Positions 23,905 through 36,762 of a DNA stretch of 64,000 bases are shown here, piece after piece. Position 1 is the stretch's first letter, and each line of letters begins with the position of its first letter. The DNA comes from Marsupella aquatica (taxonomy: Eukaryota > Plantae > Marchantiophyta), in assembly GCA_973895155.1 (NCBI GenBank), contig OZ316895.1, positions 2,405,659 through 2,469,658 on the forward strand. The letters run 5' to 3'. Below the pieces are notes generated by a model. The model saw nothing but the letters and a program-made list of their open reading frames with translations, made no database searches and had not been told where the DNA came from. A program made the position numbers and the translations under genes.

Positions 23905-25044
23905 TCAATCCTTACATTTATCCATAGAAAATATGTTTCCCCCCGTGCCTAGTTTTTCCCGCCTCTCCCATCTCCAGCGCCCCCCACCTCTTCCTAGAAT
24001 TAATAAAAAATTAAAAATTCTATGACCACCCTCCCCGTTCCAGTGGTGGAGAAATCGTGCTAATCACTGTACTTTATGGAAGTTTGTTTTAATTAACTTA
24101 TTGGATTTTTATTCTGCATGAACCCAGGGAGGTGGGGACCTAATTTATTGGGTTTTGACATGGAGAAAGTTTTATAAGAAGTTGCCCTATTAAAATAAGA
24201 AATAACAGGTGCAAGTTGTAACAAATATCTGGTTAAAGAAAGTGGACACTGACAACAATTCCCTGCACAAAAGTGAAGGAGGTACAACACTTCAAAATCT
24301 CCAAACGGAAGTTGCCTGTCTAATCTAAACAAACGATACAAAAGTGCACAACTGCGGTTACCCTACATGTCCTTTTTACATGGAACACCCTAAGAGTAAC
24401 CACAAGAGACAAAAGTGCACAAAGAATGCACAAGGCAAGGACCAGGTCTGCTTGCAATGTTCTGCCTCGACCATCCTCCACACACACTTCCAACACAAAG
24501 TTCTAACAATGAAAACATTTCCCCAGGACAACATACAATTCCAGAACGAGAATGACCACACTTCCATGGCAATAACACTTAGTGGACTGCACGAGCATTG
24601 AACTAGTAATTGATAATAGCGGCAAACATGATTGGGAAACATGCAACAATTGTTTTTGGAAAGATCTCAGACACTCTAGATTCCACCTTTTCAGTCCACA
24701 GTTTTGCACAAGAACCCATGCCCTTGTGTGGCATGGAAGTTGCATCGGAAGATGTTTACTGACATGAGATTCGATTCCATTCTGATGAGCAAGTTGACCC
24801 TATCCTTCGAAGATTTTCTTGTCTACAACCATCTCTCTATCCACCCGACTATAATACAAAATAGCGCTTTGTGACTCCATTGTATATTTGTATTCAAATT
24901 TTCATAGCTCCTCCTGTCCCAAGGATAAGGCACTAAAAATGTACCATGTCCAGTAGAATTAGACATACTAATAGACACCAATTTCTGTGAAGGGCCAATA
25001 CAACATTTCAGAGCAACTAAATCATAGATCTCAAAACTCCTTAG

Positions 25045-28000
25045 AAATAATATACACATACTTTTTACAGAAAAAGACCAAATAGAGTACAAAAAGAATA
25101 AACAAGAGAGGTCCCAAGTGGACAAAACCAAACGCAAAAGAAGTGAGCAAAAGGAAACCCTAAAAACCAAGAAAGAGGAACTAAAAGAAGTGAGCAAAAG
25201 GAAACCCTAAAAACCAAGAAAGAGGAACTAAAACTACCGCAAATGGACCGAGGTCCTCAACATACCTAGCAAAAGTGGCAACAAGCTAGTGGTCTACAAC
25301 AAGTGTCGAAACTAGATCGGCAAGTGGGACAGGAATATCCTCTAGGGGGGCTAGCCGCTGCGGAGACACTAGCACCCACTGTCAGAGATTGACGATAGAC
25401 GGCCCGAGCTTGAGCACGCTGTAAGGTGACTGAAATGCGTTGGCGAAAGTGCGTGGTCAAAACAGATAGCGGGGGCCCGGTGGGACCCATCCGGCCGTGA
25501 ACATCCCGAGCAGCTTGGCGAAGAAGCCCGTCGAACTGATGATGGAGACGCCCAAATATCTCAAGAGCAAGGGGCAGGAAGCTATCAGATGAAGCTCGTG
25601 CAGCATATTTGGCCTCCTTTGTTGTTGTTGCTGCTCGTGATGCTGCTGCCCCTGCCGTTGTTGCCGCTGTCCCAATGATGTCTTGGCACAATGGGTTTGC
25701 CACCACTACATCTGCCAAAGTACGATGACCTTCACGGACCATGGTAAGATCCACCCGTAACCGCTGTGATGGAGGACCAGGTAACTCGAGCACCACCTCC
25801 CGCCGCGCGCAGACCAAAGAGGTAGAGAGAACCTAAGCAGTCGCATCTCTCACAGCGTCGTGAACAAAAATGGTTTCGCCGCCCAAACTGCATCGAAGAA
25901 GATGGACACCTGTGGCATCACAAGGCTTCCCACAAGTGCAAGTAGGAGGTAAACCAGCAAGAAGTGGGTGGGGCAAGCCCATACAAAGACGCATGGCTGT
26001 CGCAAACTCCGCTGAAGACATCCGCAGGTGAGGAATGACTGGATTGGCCTGAAGCCAGCCTCCTGCGCCCTTCCCTCCGGAAGAAAGAATCCGAGCTCGG
26101 TCCGTGTCAGGTGCCTCGGTGAGGATGCTAGAAAGGGTGAAAGCGTGCATACGCCCAACAAGGTCTGCCTGAAGACGGACAGGGTCCAAGGATAAAAACT
26201 CATGGAATGAAGGTAACGCAGCTCGAACAGGATTGGGTAATGATGACCGCGTCGTGCACAAATGAACCTGAAATGGGAGGGAACCCTCCTCGACCTCCAT
26301 GAGAGACGAAAGTAAAAAAGGTCGATCCTCCGTAAGGAAACGATCTGCCAACAATGAGAAGGCGGCCGCCCACGCGCCCAAGAAGGCCAAAGGTGCAAGG
26401 CGCTCAGTGGAAGTAAGCCCAAAACCACCGTGAGAAATAGGAAGACTGAGCTGTCATGAAGCCACGGAGATGAGAGCAAAGTACCTGGCCCTAAAAGAGA
26501 GGCCAAAGTCTCACGAATGGAGGCATCAAACGCTCGGAGGTGTAGATAAAGATCCTCGGTAGGGGGATGCATCCGAGCCAAATAGGACGCACGAGGGTGG
26601 ATGCATCTCAACAACAACCCAAATGCTGCTTGAGAGTCTGCTAACTTAGGGAGCATAGGAGTAGGGGCTAAGGCAGCCTGGAGAGCGTCAGCAATGAAAG
26701 ATGAGCAAAAGGAGGCGGTACCAACTGGGGAGCCAAGGACCCGAAGACCGTCGGCTGGACGTAAGAACCTAGGGGGAAGCGCAAGATCAGAGGGTAACCC
26801 AGCTAGACTCCATGCACGACTCTTCATCGGCTGAACTCATAAACCGAGGCCCAACAAATGGGTGGAAAGGGTGGCGAGGGCAGAAGTAACAGCAACAGGT
26901 GGACCAATGATGTGGGTATCATCTAAAAGGGAGGGGAAGATACACTGGGGGTGGGCCGCGGAGGCTTCCCGTAAAGCAGTAAAATGGGCAATGGCAAAAA
27001 GAGGCCCACCCAAAGGGTCACCCTGACATGTACCTTCTGCAGAAGAAAGAGTGGTATACACTCCTATAGAGGTGTGATGACTATAGAAGAGGGGGGCCTT
27101 GAACCCATAAAAACAACGGACAAAGGGGATAAGGGACTGGATGTCTGGATCCGCTGCCCTCAAAGCACGAAAAATTGCTGCCCGAGAAACCGTATTGAAA
27201 GCATTGGAGACATCAACCTGGAGGACAACCCAATCAGGGAGGAGGTCCAAGGTAGCACGAATACCCGCAATAACTGTCTCACAACCGCCAGGAACGCCCA
27301 TTGCAAACTGATGTGGAAAGAGATGATCCGATAGTGCAGAGCGATACTGCGATGAAAGTGTGCGAGACACCAGACGAAGAAAAACCTCTCCAATAGCTAT
27401 GGGCCGAACACCCGGTGAAGACTTAGCCATGGCCAATAAACGAGAAGCACTCAAAAGCCGAGAGACGGGAGGAGGCAAACGGCCGGCAGCAATACACTGG
27501 CAAAAGGAAAAGAAAACTGGAAAACCAGACTGAGGATCCTCAGGGGGGAATCCCGGGGGGAATAAATCACGAAAATGCTCAAAGACATAGCCAGAGGGGC
27601 CACCAGCCGCGCAACGCGGAGCATGGAGGAAAATATAGGTGAAGTGGTCCCTACTAAACTGAAGATCCTCCTCAGGCTCAAAATCCTCCACGAACAAAGG
27701 GAGCTGATCATAGGGCTGTGGATGGAGATCCTGAAGGGCCGTCAAGGTGACCTCGCCAGGGGGGGCTGGTGTGGTGGGAGAAAGGGCCTGGACCGCACGA
27801 CGATATTCACCAGCCTGGGCTAAACGACAAGAGCGATGAAGACGTCTATGCTCTAGAGGATGAGAGTGGCGAGCTGGGTCAGACAAAGCACGGGTAGTAA
27901 AGGAACGGGCTCGAAGAAAGTACTCTTCCTGAAGCTGTTCCCAATCTCCCCACAAAAAACGATGGATACGGGAGGCAGTCTCACGATGACCCACGCGACC

Positions 28001-29650
28001 ACCGTGACTAGGGAGGGTAAGAGTCCACTGTGGAAAAAGCATGAGTAAAGACCAATAAGAGACCTCGATAGGATGCGCCAAGATAAGCTGCATGAGTTGC
28101 AACAAGGATGACCAAACTAATGGGCGCAACGCTAGTGGGATGTGGTTATAAAGGCGAGGTCTAATGTACCCTGGATGGTAGGCTGGAAGGGGGTCTAGAG
28201 AGCGAACCCAACTCCATGCCTGCTCGGAAGCCTCCAAGGAAGGAGGGGCAGAGCTAACTGGGTCAAGAGGGGGCTGGGGCTGGGATTGTGCTTGCTGGCG
28301 ACGTTGGCACCGGCCCCGCCCACGGTGATGAGGAAGGGAGAGGCCAACCCAGCCACACTCAGGACAAGTATGCAGGGGACGCTCGTCTGGGGAGGGAGCA
28401 GGGAACGACTGGACAGGAGGTGGGGGGGAACCGACGTGGATGAAGAGGCCAGAGGGGGATGCTGGAGGGGTGGAGGGGGAATGGGGTGGGGAGAGGAGCC
28501 AAGGCGTCGATGGGGTGGGCAGTAGACTGGGGGGACTGGCAGAGCATCGGGCATGGGGTCATCACGAAGATGAGAGAGATCCAATGAAGAAGAGCAAACA
28601 GGAAGGCGACCACGAGGCGGGGGGGAGGAGGGGGGAGAACTGTGTGGGGGGGCTGGGTGCTTGCCCCGCGCCAACACTCTCAACGTAGACATGACAAGTC
28701 GCAACCCGATAAAAGCAAAAGCGCATCAAGAAGCGACAAAAGGCCCAACCAAGACATGTGAAAAGAAAGGGAAGGCTATGGAGAGAGCCCACCGCGTCAA
28801 AATCCGAGAAACGGCGCCACCGCTAGCCTAGAAAACCGTTGAGCACGTGTTGGCACAGCCGGGAACAAAGCTGGAGCACTCGTCGATGTGTCCGTTGAAG
28901 AGTCGGTGCGAGTCAATATCTCTCCGCTGATTAGAGCGTGCTGCTACAGTTCCCGAAGATGGTGGAATGCAAACTGGTCCACTAAACTTGGCAAAAGCCA
29001 CCTTGTCAGAACTGAAGAAGAAAGGCAACCACCAATCGGAGGAGAAACATGACAATACAAGAATGCTCCAAAGCTGATCAAGGGAAACCGTCACCAAAAA
29101 TGGAGGAGTAAATCAAAATCGTAATCGGAGCCGAAAGTGGTTGATATGTCACCAAAAAGACCGCGGTAGGGATAGATGTTGCACTCCCGGACAAGAGCTG
29201 GCCAAATCAAATGAGAATGCCGGATTCCGTGAACAAGGAACTGCTACAAGACCCCAAAGCTAATTGAAAGTGAGAACGATGGAAATTGAAATAAAAACGT
29301 GAGAGCTAATCAAAGTCCAATCGGGGCAATAGGAGACCAATTGGACCGCTCTTGGGATCAATCTGATTCTCCCGAAGAAGAGCTATATAAAGCACTTGAG
29401 AAATCTGAAATCCGTGAAAGATTGACCAAGATATGACCGTCGAAAGTAAGACGAAAATCGCAGAAAATTGACTGAAAAACGGCGAAAACGAATGTGACCA
29501 TAAGTATGTCGATACGGCACCGTTTTGGACATGTTTTATATCGATTTGATGCGCCTCGACAAGAGCAAGCTAATGCAACTGAGAAAACTGGATTTCGAGA
29601 AAAACTGAGTGCAGGAGGGTAGTCGAAATGGCGCGAAAATTGTGCTACAG
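25045..29650 (-). mobile_element. Near full-length CRE-clade non-LTR retrotransposon, copy 2, ORF disrupted
   Basis: RT motifs APRCAAGGPSG, RPIAIGEVFLRL, HQFAMGVPGGCE, LQVDVSNAFN, QGDPLG and SLLDDTHIIG, plus CCHC and RLE as in copy 1. The ORF is split by stops and frameshifts (26837-28237, 25850-26827, 25833-26390, 25266-25817). A Pro-rich linker and possible zinc-finger remnants (FVPGC..) lie at 28200-28900. The 5' boundary is uncertain (29650-29715). Confidence 0.9.
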
Positions 29651-29674
29651 TCTGAACTCCATAGCCAGGAGCTC

Positions 29675-29715
29675 AAAGACCTAAGACCTAATCCAAAGAC
29701 CTAAGACCTAAGACC
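29675..29715. repeat. Short (TAAGACC)n / (TTAGGTC)n heptamer tract
   Basis: aaagacctaagacctaatccaaagacctaagacctaagacc. Confidence 0.75.
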
Positions 29716-31599
29716 AATGTTTGGTTTCTCACTTGGGGAGTTAACTAATTGTACATTTTGTAGTATCATGTGCAATCCTAATCTAATTTAAATACTCCTG
29801 TACTATGAATATTCTAAAAACATTTTGTCACTTTTAATGAACTATTTTAGTTTAAGAAAGGTATACCTATGCTAGGGAATATTTTTAATATAAGAGTGTA
29901 CGTATATCACATTCTCTTATTTGTTGTCTTTTATGCTTTTTCATTTTTTGCAAAAATTACTCAAACATACATATATTTTTACTCACACCTGATCCCTATG
30001 CATCTCGTAGTCGACTCCTTGAGGCTGCTCATTGAAGCCATAGGCTCATGGATGACAACAGTTGTGCCTATGCTGAAAGCATGAATACAAATTAGTGCAT
30101 TAAGCCTAGCAAAACCATTTTCTAACCATTTTTTACAGTTAACTTCCAAATTGACGGTACTACAAATCTAACTACAACTATTTTAATCACCATACTGCTC
30201 CTCAGGGTCTACTTGACCCATATCCCACCCATGGAGCATCTCTATGGCTCTGATCTACCCAGGCAAATTAGCCTAACCTACCATTACTTCCCTACCTGTC
30301 CGGCCCCGTGAAGTTGCCTCCCTATATATTGTGTTTGAGAAAAAGGAGGCTGGATATTTTCCTGAAGAAGATAGCATCGAATTCCAAGAGGGTCAATGTA
30401 CTTCATCAAGGCATACTCCGACCTTTACAGAGCTTTGAGCTTGGGTTTTGAACAGGCATGGAAGTTTGGAGGAATTTGAAGGTAAGTTTGAGGTTGAAAC
30501 AGATGTGCAGGCATTTTGCTTGCAGAGATTGAGTTGAGCTCAAACTCAACTTGGTTTCAGTTCCACCATAGCAGTACCTGCCGACCTTTGTTTGCAGGGA
30601 GGATGGTTTGCATGGATTGAGAGACCAGTCGAAGTTAATAGTTATAAAGACACACTACAAGCACTAAATTGTGACAAAAGTAAAGTTTTCCACTGCTCTC
30701 ATGAAAACCTCAAAAAGTTACTCCAAAACCAATGGTGAAAACTCATGACAATTTCCAATGGTGACGATTGAAGATTTCTCGGTACTTTCATTTCCTTCAA
30801 AATTTCTATGAAAGCTATTGGAAAATATGGAAGAAATTGAATCATTGCGTAGAGAGATTCTAGTATGGGCATCAGAATTAAAAAGATTGGGAAAACATGT
30901 ACTTGGTTAAAAAAATTACTCTCAAGGTTAGACTATCTCTACGAATTGCTTACTCGCCCTCTACCAAGACCACAGGCCTGGGTATACCCCCATAAAGGAC
31001 ACTCAAGAGTGACTTGCTAAGCTCAGCCTTTCTACTTGAATGGAGTTGGTAGAATCCCACAAAAGGTTGGATCAGATTGAGCCCATGTCAATATGCATGG
31101 AAATCTTGGCAGTTTGCCAAGTGTTTCACCAAAGGGTGGCTTACCCTAGCTAGCACTCGAGCTAGCACAACCAGGTGGACCCAATTGCTACCATTCCTTA
31201 ATGTTGGGCAGGGCGGATTGGCATTCATCCTGCTCCTATGGCAGGGGATTTATTAGCCATCATTTTGCAGAAGGTTTATGTAACAGTCGCCATCAAGGAG
31301 TCACGTCATTTTGAGTTCAAGTTAGGACTCGAGGGTGGATATATAATAAGTGGGGGCACTTGTGACTTTTTGATCACCAAACCAACTGGAGGGCCACTTT
31401 TTGTTCTGTCAAAGTGCAACCCAAGCTCTAAGCTCAGACTTAGACTAGACCCCACTTATATACCAAAGTGTCAAAAAGCAAAAACGCCAAACCAGGAGAC
31501 AGGGTCCCAAAGGCAAAGCAACCCAATAAAGTGAAAAAAACAAAAAAGGGGAGGGGCCGACCCCAAATATTTTGAAGTGAAATTGAATATTTAGGAATT

Positions 31600-31896
31600 A
31601 TTTTCTCTATCTTTTTCAGGGCAAATTGCTTGAATGAAGGAGCCAAAGTTTGGAAATGTTTGGACCACCTCTAGGTGGTGGTCTAAAATTCCAGACAATA
31701 TAGACGTACTCCACATCAACATTTCCTTAAACCCACTGCTTGCCTTGTAGGAGCCGTAGACACCATTCCTGAGTGGGCCGCCAAGTTCTTGTAAAGCCAA
31801 CGTACTATAGCCATTTCCACTCTTTATACCCTTTAATTTAATCTCATAAGGAATGAAATGAAGCAATGGGCCCCCAGGTCTTGTAAAGCCACCCCC
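31600..31896 (-). mobile_element. Partial inverted copy of the MITE at 23535-23904
   Basis: The reverse complement shares GGGTGGCTTTACAAGAC, GGCAAGCAGTGGG, GAATTTTAGACCA, AGGTGGTCCAAA and CTCCTTCATTCAAG with 23535-23770. Confidence 0.7.
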
Positions 31897-33109
31897 TTAG
31901 ATGTGTAGACTTCCTTCCCAATTGCCATCTTCTATGCACAAGGGAGGAAGGTTTCTTGACGTGTTTGTGGTTCAGGTGAACACTAAGGGCCATGTTGAGT
32001 TGTCCCCTTTCCCCATTTTTTGTACATTCCACTCAGTACCTTCCTGTATTATGGTGGTCTACCCTCTGAGCTCAGGAAGGTGATGGTGACTATGGAAAGC
32101 TCTAGTATCACCAGAGTCGATGAGTGATAGTGGTGGTTTAAGTCAGGCACAAACTTGAGTCTTCCTGTCAATTCACAACATGGGACTATAGCCATTAATT
32201 TACAGAAAACGCTCTTGTCTTTGTGATTCTATCTGAGCTGTGTTGGATAATCCTAGACACTATTGAGGTATATATATATATATCTCACTGCCTAGACAAG
32301 ATTCCAAGGCAGGAGACCCAAGAAAGGGAGAAAACAAGGGGGAAAACCCTAGGAAGACCAAACAAGTTCAAGAAGCCTGAAAGTCCCCCCTCCACTACCC
32401 AAAGGAGCTTAAATCCTACTCAACAGTAATCTGAAAAGCCTGGTAATACTCAAGAGTAAATGGCATAGAAGGATCATGATGAGCAAATTATATAGAGTCC
32501 TAAAACCAACAACCTTGGCCCTCTCCAAAATAGTAAATACATGAGCCCTCCCTAGTGCAACAATGATAAGACAATGATGACCAAAATTGGGGGATAACTT
32601 TCCCCTCCACACCAAAAACTCCACGTACATGATTGAAGTGCAGAATCTTGGGTACCCCTCACAATATCTCATCTTGAGAGTGTACCTAACAATATAAATG
32701 TGCGTGGACAAGGTCAGTGGGTGAGAGTAGGACTGGGCAGCAATCCAATAACAATAAGAAAATGGAAATAAAATAAATTATTCAAGTAGATACGGGAGAC
32801 ATTAAGGATGGCCCGGAATAATGAGAAATATAGAGATAACGAAAAGCTTTTGGAAAGCAAGTCTAAAAACATATACAGGAAGGCAAAAAATTCAAATTTC
32901 AATAATATGAAAGATGTGCTAAGATGCCTTTCTTTTGTCCTTTGTCCCAATACAAAGAAGCTCTTGGGCAGGAAAGATTCACAACTGTTGGATTTAATTA
33001 ATTATTTTTCTTGACCATTGATGAAAAAAATGTGCACTCTTGGCACATATGTGTTTCTCGCGGGGCATAAATGCCCTGGCCCGACTCCCTATGGGCCAGC
33101 CCTCCTTGC

Positions 33110-33138
33110 ACAGTGCAACGCACTAGCATAGGGCTAGT
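33110..33138 (+). mobile_element. Helitron 3' terminus signature
   Basis: Hairpin AGTGC-AAC-GCACT followed ~9 nt later by CTAG and then T, resembling the classic plant Helitron end GTGCAACGCAC...CTAG|T. The 5' end was not identified. Confidence 0.55.
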
Positions 33139-36100
33139 TGAAACATAACAACAAATCCTAGTAGGACAAAAGACCAAAAGGTGAAGGTGGGATAAGGATA
33201 AAGTGTGTCCATTTGAGTCACAACCAACCTTTGTGTCTATGGGTCTTTCACATTGTGAGACGTCAAATGTTGGAAATTGAGGCCTGGCTGGACCTTGCGT
33301 TTTGACTTTGAGACTCCAATGGACAAAGCAATTGTTGACACTCTTTGGTTTTTTTCTTGTTTGGTGTTTTGTATTCTTTGGACCTTGTTTACTTTCACTT
33401 CATTGTAATGACTTTTGGAAAAATGACGGTTCTTCGGAAAATAAGAATCTGAGGCAAAACGTGAGCAATGCAAAGGAAAACTGCCAGCTGAATGACAAAC
33501 AAAGCTTTAAGTAGTCCATGCTGGTTGCACCTGTCTAAACGTCGTCTGCCATACCCTAGGAAGATAGACAGGGGAAATGGCCGGGTGAAACACATTCTCG
33601 TAAACACAAGAGTACACTTTTGACGTAGCCTTAACATAAATAAATGAATATATAAATTTGTGGCGCCAAGAACGGCCAGCTGGACAAAGACTGGTATAGG
33701 AAACGTTCGCCACTTCCCCGAATCCTCAAGTGGGCTACGGGGCTCTTTCCCGTCCCTGAAACCCTGGTCCTGGTGGTGGCTTAGTTTGTCCTTTTTCGTA
33801 GGGACTAAGCAGACCCGTGTGAGCGGTGGTCACGAAAAGGAATGATCAGGAGAGGACGGTGGCGTAATTTGTTCTGGTTGGTACGTCATTCGGATGCGGT
33901 GCACTCCAGCTACAGTCAGCTCTCGCTACACGAGTAGTAGGTCCACACTCCCCTTAAAAAAGCAATTAGTCTGCAAAAACCTGGAATTTGGAGTTATTGA
34001 TACGAGTTTATGGGTTAGATCCCTTTGTGGAATGTGCAAATTGGCGAGGTATCAATGGTTACTGAGGTATCTCTTGTTGTTTTTTCCATTTTGAAATAAG
34101 CTGAACCCCAAATATATGTTTATTTCATTTCTGTCTATGCAGACAACTAAATGAGCCCCCCTACTGCTTCTTTCATTTCCTTCTATGCCCATTTTTTTTC
34201 AAACTTAAATATTTAGTTTGCAATTTGTCCTATTGCATCTTTGTAAAAACTTTCTCTCTGAGTACAAGGATCATTGGATCAAGCCTTTGACTTCTGACTC
34301 CCCAACCAAGACAAGCACCAATGTGCTATGCAATAATGCAATGATACTTAAAATTTCCTTTCATAATTATATATTTAGTCTTTAATAGCCCGCATCCCTG
34401 GCCCGTGCCTCCTTTGTAAGTGCACACAGTTCGAGACTGCTGGGCCTCGATTTGCCTTGTCAGCATTGGAAATTGCATGCCATTATTTTATATCAAATGA
34501 TTGTTTTACTAAATTTCAATGTATTTTAATGAATTAGTTAAAATAGGAAGGTATTAGAACAAACATGCTATAGGGATATGAGCATTACACATACATCATA
34601 CATATTGCATAGTACCCACGAGGAACACTCCCGAGCTACGAGACCATGGAGGGCCTCTGTCAATGTGCATTCTCTCTCCTTTCTAAATTGTACATCCCAG
34701 CCCTAAATGAGATCCCTTACTTCATAACTGCATTTTTTTTTACTCTACATAAAAATGAAATGCACTCATGAGTAAGTATAAGTCTGAGGGATTGTGTGCC
34801 CATAAGAGTTGATAAACCCTTGTAAAAGGGTTTTGCAATTTCATCTTTGTGTGCCCAAACTGCTTCCATAAAATGGTGGGCGAAAATAAGGAATAGCTGG
34901 GACACCTTGCAATTAGCCAGGATCTGCACTTGTGTCGCGCCCGCACTGAGCGAGAGCTGACTGCATGACGATGCTCCATAAGGCTACAGTAGCAAAAAAG
35001 TCCCTGCAGTCAGTGTGCACTTATCGAGAACTGACTGGATATATAAAAAAGCGCCGGTAGGGTTAGCCACTACTGTAGTTAAAAAGCGCCGGGAAGTGGG
35101 GAACGCCGATAAGGTAGTGCGACAGACGCAAGTGCGTCACGATGGTGTCGACTGTGGTGAGGTCCTCATAGTTTAGCCGTGGAAGCAAACGGCACGGCAG
35201 GGGAAGCCGAGGAGTACTGCCACTACTACTACTACTACACAATAATAATAATAGTCCTGTAGCGGCGGGCGTTGGTGCTCCGGGGCAAAGAGTAGCAGAG
35301 TAGCGGGCAGGAGCAACAAGAGGTACAGGGGTATAGATTAATAGCGCTGCAAAAGCTTGGGTAACACGGCGAAGGGCGCGTGTGGGGAGTCGAGAGCTGA
35401 AAAGCGAGATTAGCTGACGATGTTGGAACTGCAGCCATGCGCTGTGAAAGCACGCTCGTCGCTGCTGCTGTTGCACTCCTTCGCCATGCTGGGCGGTCAT
35501 GGAGGTAGTCGGGGGAATCGGGGAGGGCGACGGGCGACGAAGAAGCTTGGCTGGCTGGTGGATGCGGTCGACGACGTGCACAAACTGACGTGCACAAACT
35601 GACATCAACGGAGTGCATTCGGAAGCCTGCCATCGAAGAGCGAGGGTGGCAATTATCTGGTTGTAGTGGCAGTGGTAGCAGCAGCAGCAGCAGCAGCAGG
35701 GGAAATGGAAACGGGATCACTGCGGTGTTGTGGTCGAGGAAGAAGTCGTATTAATTTCATGTTGCAACGGAGATGTGCTGAGATGACTTTGTGGTTCTGA
35801 ACGAGGGAAAAGGCAGTTTAAGACTTTGTGTAATCAGGCTAGCAGAGCAGAGCAGAGCAGAGCAGAGAAGATGGGGGAGGACCAAAACAAGAAATATCCG
35901 GTATGGGAGCGAACATGGCTGCTTGTGTATCTTTCGTATTGAACGTGGTTGTCTGTCTAGCAGGAAGTTAAGTCGAGCAAGCCGGGTGATTGTGTAGTAG
36001 TGTTCGAATCCGGGAGCTGGAATTGGCGGAGTTTGCGGAAAATTGATCGTCCGTTTTTGCTGTGATTTGAGCTACCTTAGGGTTTATGAGCCAAGTGGGT

Positions 36101-36762
36101 TGGATTGGATTGGAGTTTTTTCTTACACCCTTGAGGGAGGAATTCGGGGTGCCTCCATGTTCTTCATGTGATGGATATATTTCTACCTAGCCCGCGAGTT
36201 TCCTCAAGCAATTCAGGTTCTTCTGTGGAGGAGACATAGCTAGGCAGGATATTCTATCGGTGAACAGGATTGCCCGTCCAGCTCCAATTGAGTCGATGAC
36301 GGTCTCTGATCTTATCTGCCGACGGACCACTTTCTGCTCATGCCCATCTTGTCTGTACTCAGGATTCTGTGAACGGCTAGATTGAGCTCACGTGCGCTAT
36401 TCGTGCAACCGGAGTCTTACTTCAGATTTAAGAGGTGCCAACTTACTATATCTCGATCGCTGTGTGGAGGATTTTTGGTCAGTATTTCTGGATGCCAACA
36501 TCGTAGTGCACCAGACGCCACCTTGCAAATTGCCAGTGTTCCAGCGGCGGATATCATTGTCCTAGTAATCGATGCGGGGACTGGACAGTTCTACATGTGT
36601 TGATTGTTGAAATCCGATATTTGGCGACGCACACTGTCCCTCGAAACTGGGAAAATTTAATTTCTGGTAACTCGGGAGAGAGGAGCGAGGGAGGACCTTG
36701 CAAGCACCGTAAATCTCTGACGATTGGATTTCTTCTAGGAAAGTTGGTGTTGACCGGAGTAC

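Noticed and set aside
29651-29664. Possible TSD for CRE copy 2 (TCAAAACTCCTTAG versus TCTGAACTCCATAG)
   Set aside because: Only 11 of 14 bases match and the 5' end is undefined, so it could be chance. Copy 1 shows at most a 3-bp duplication.
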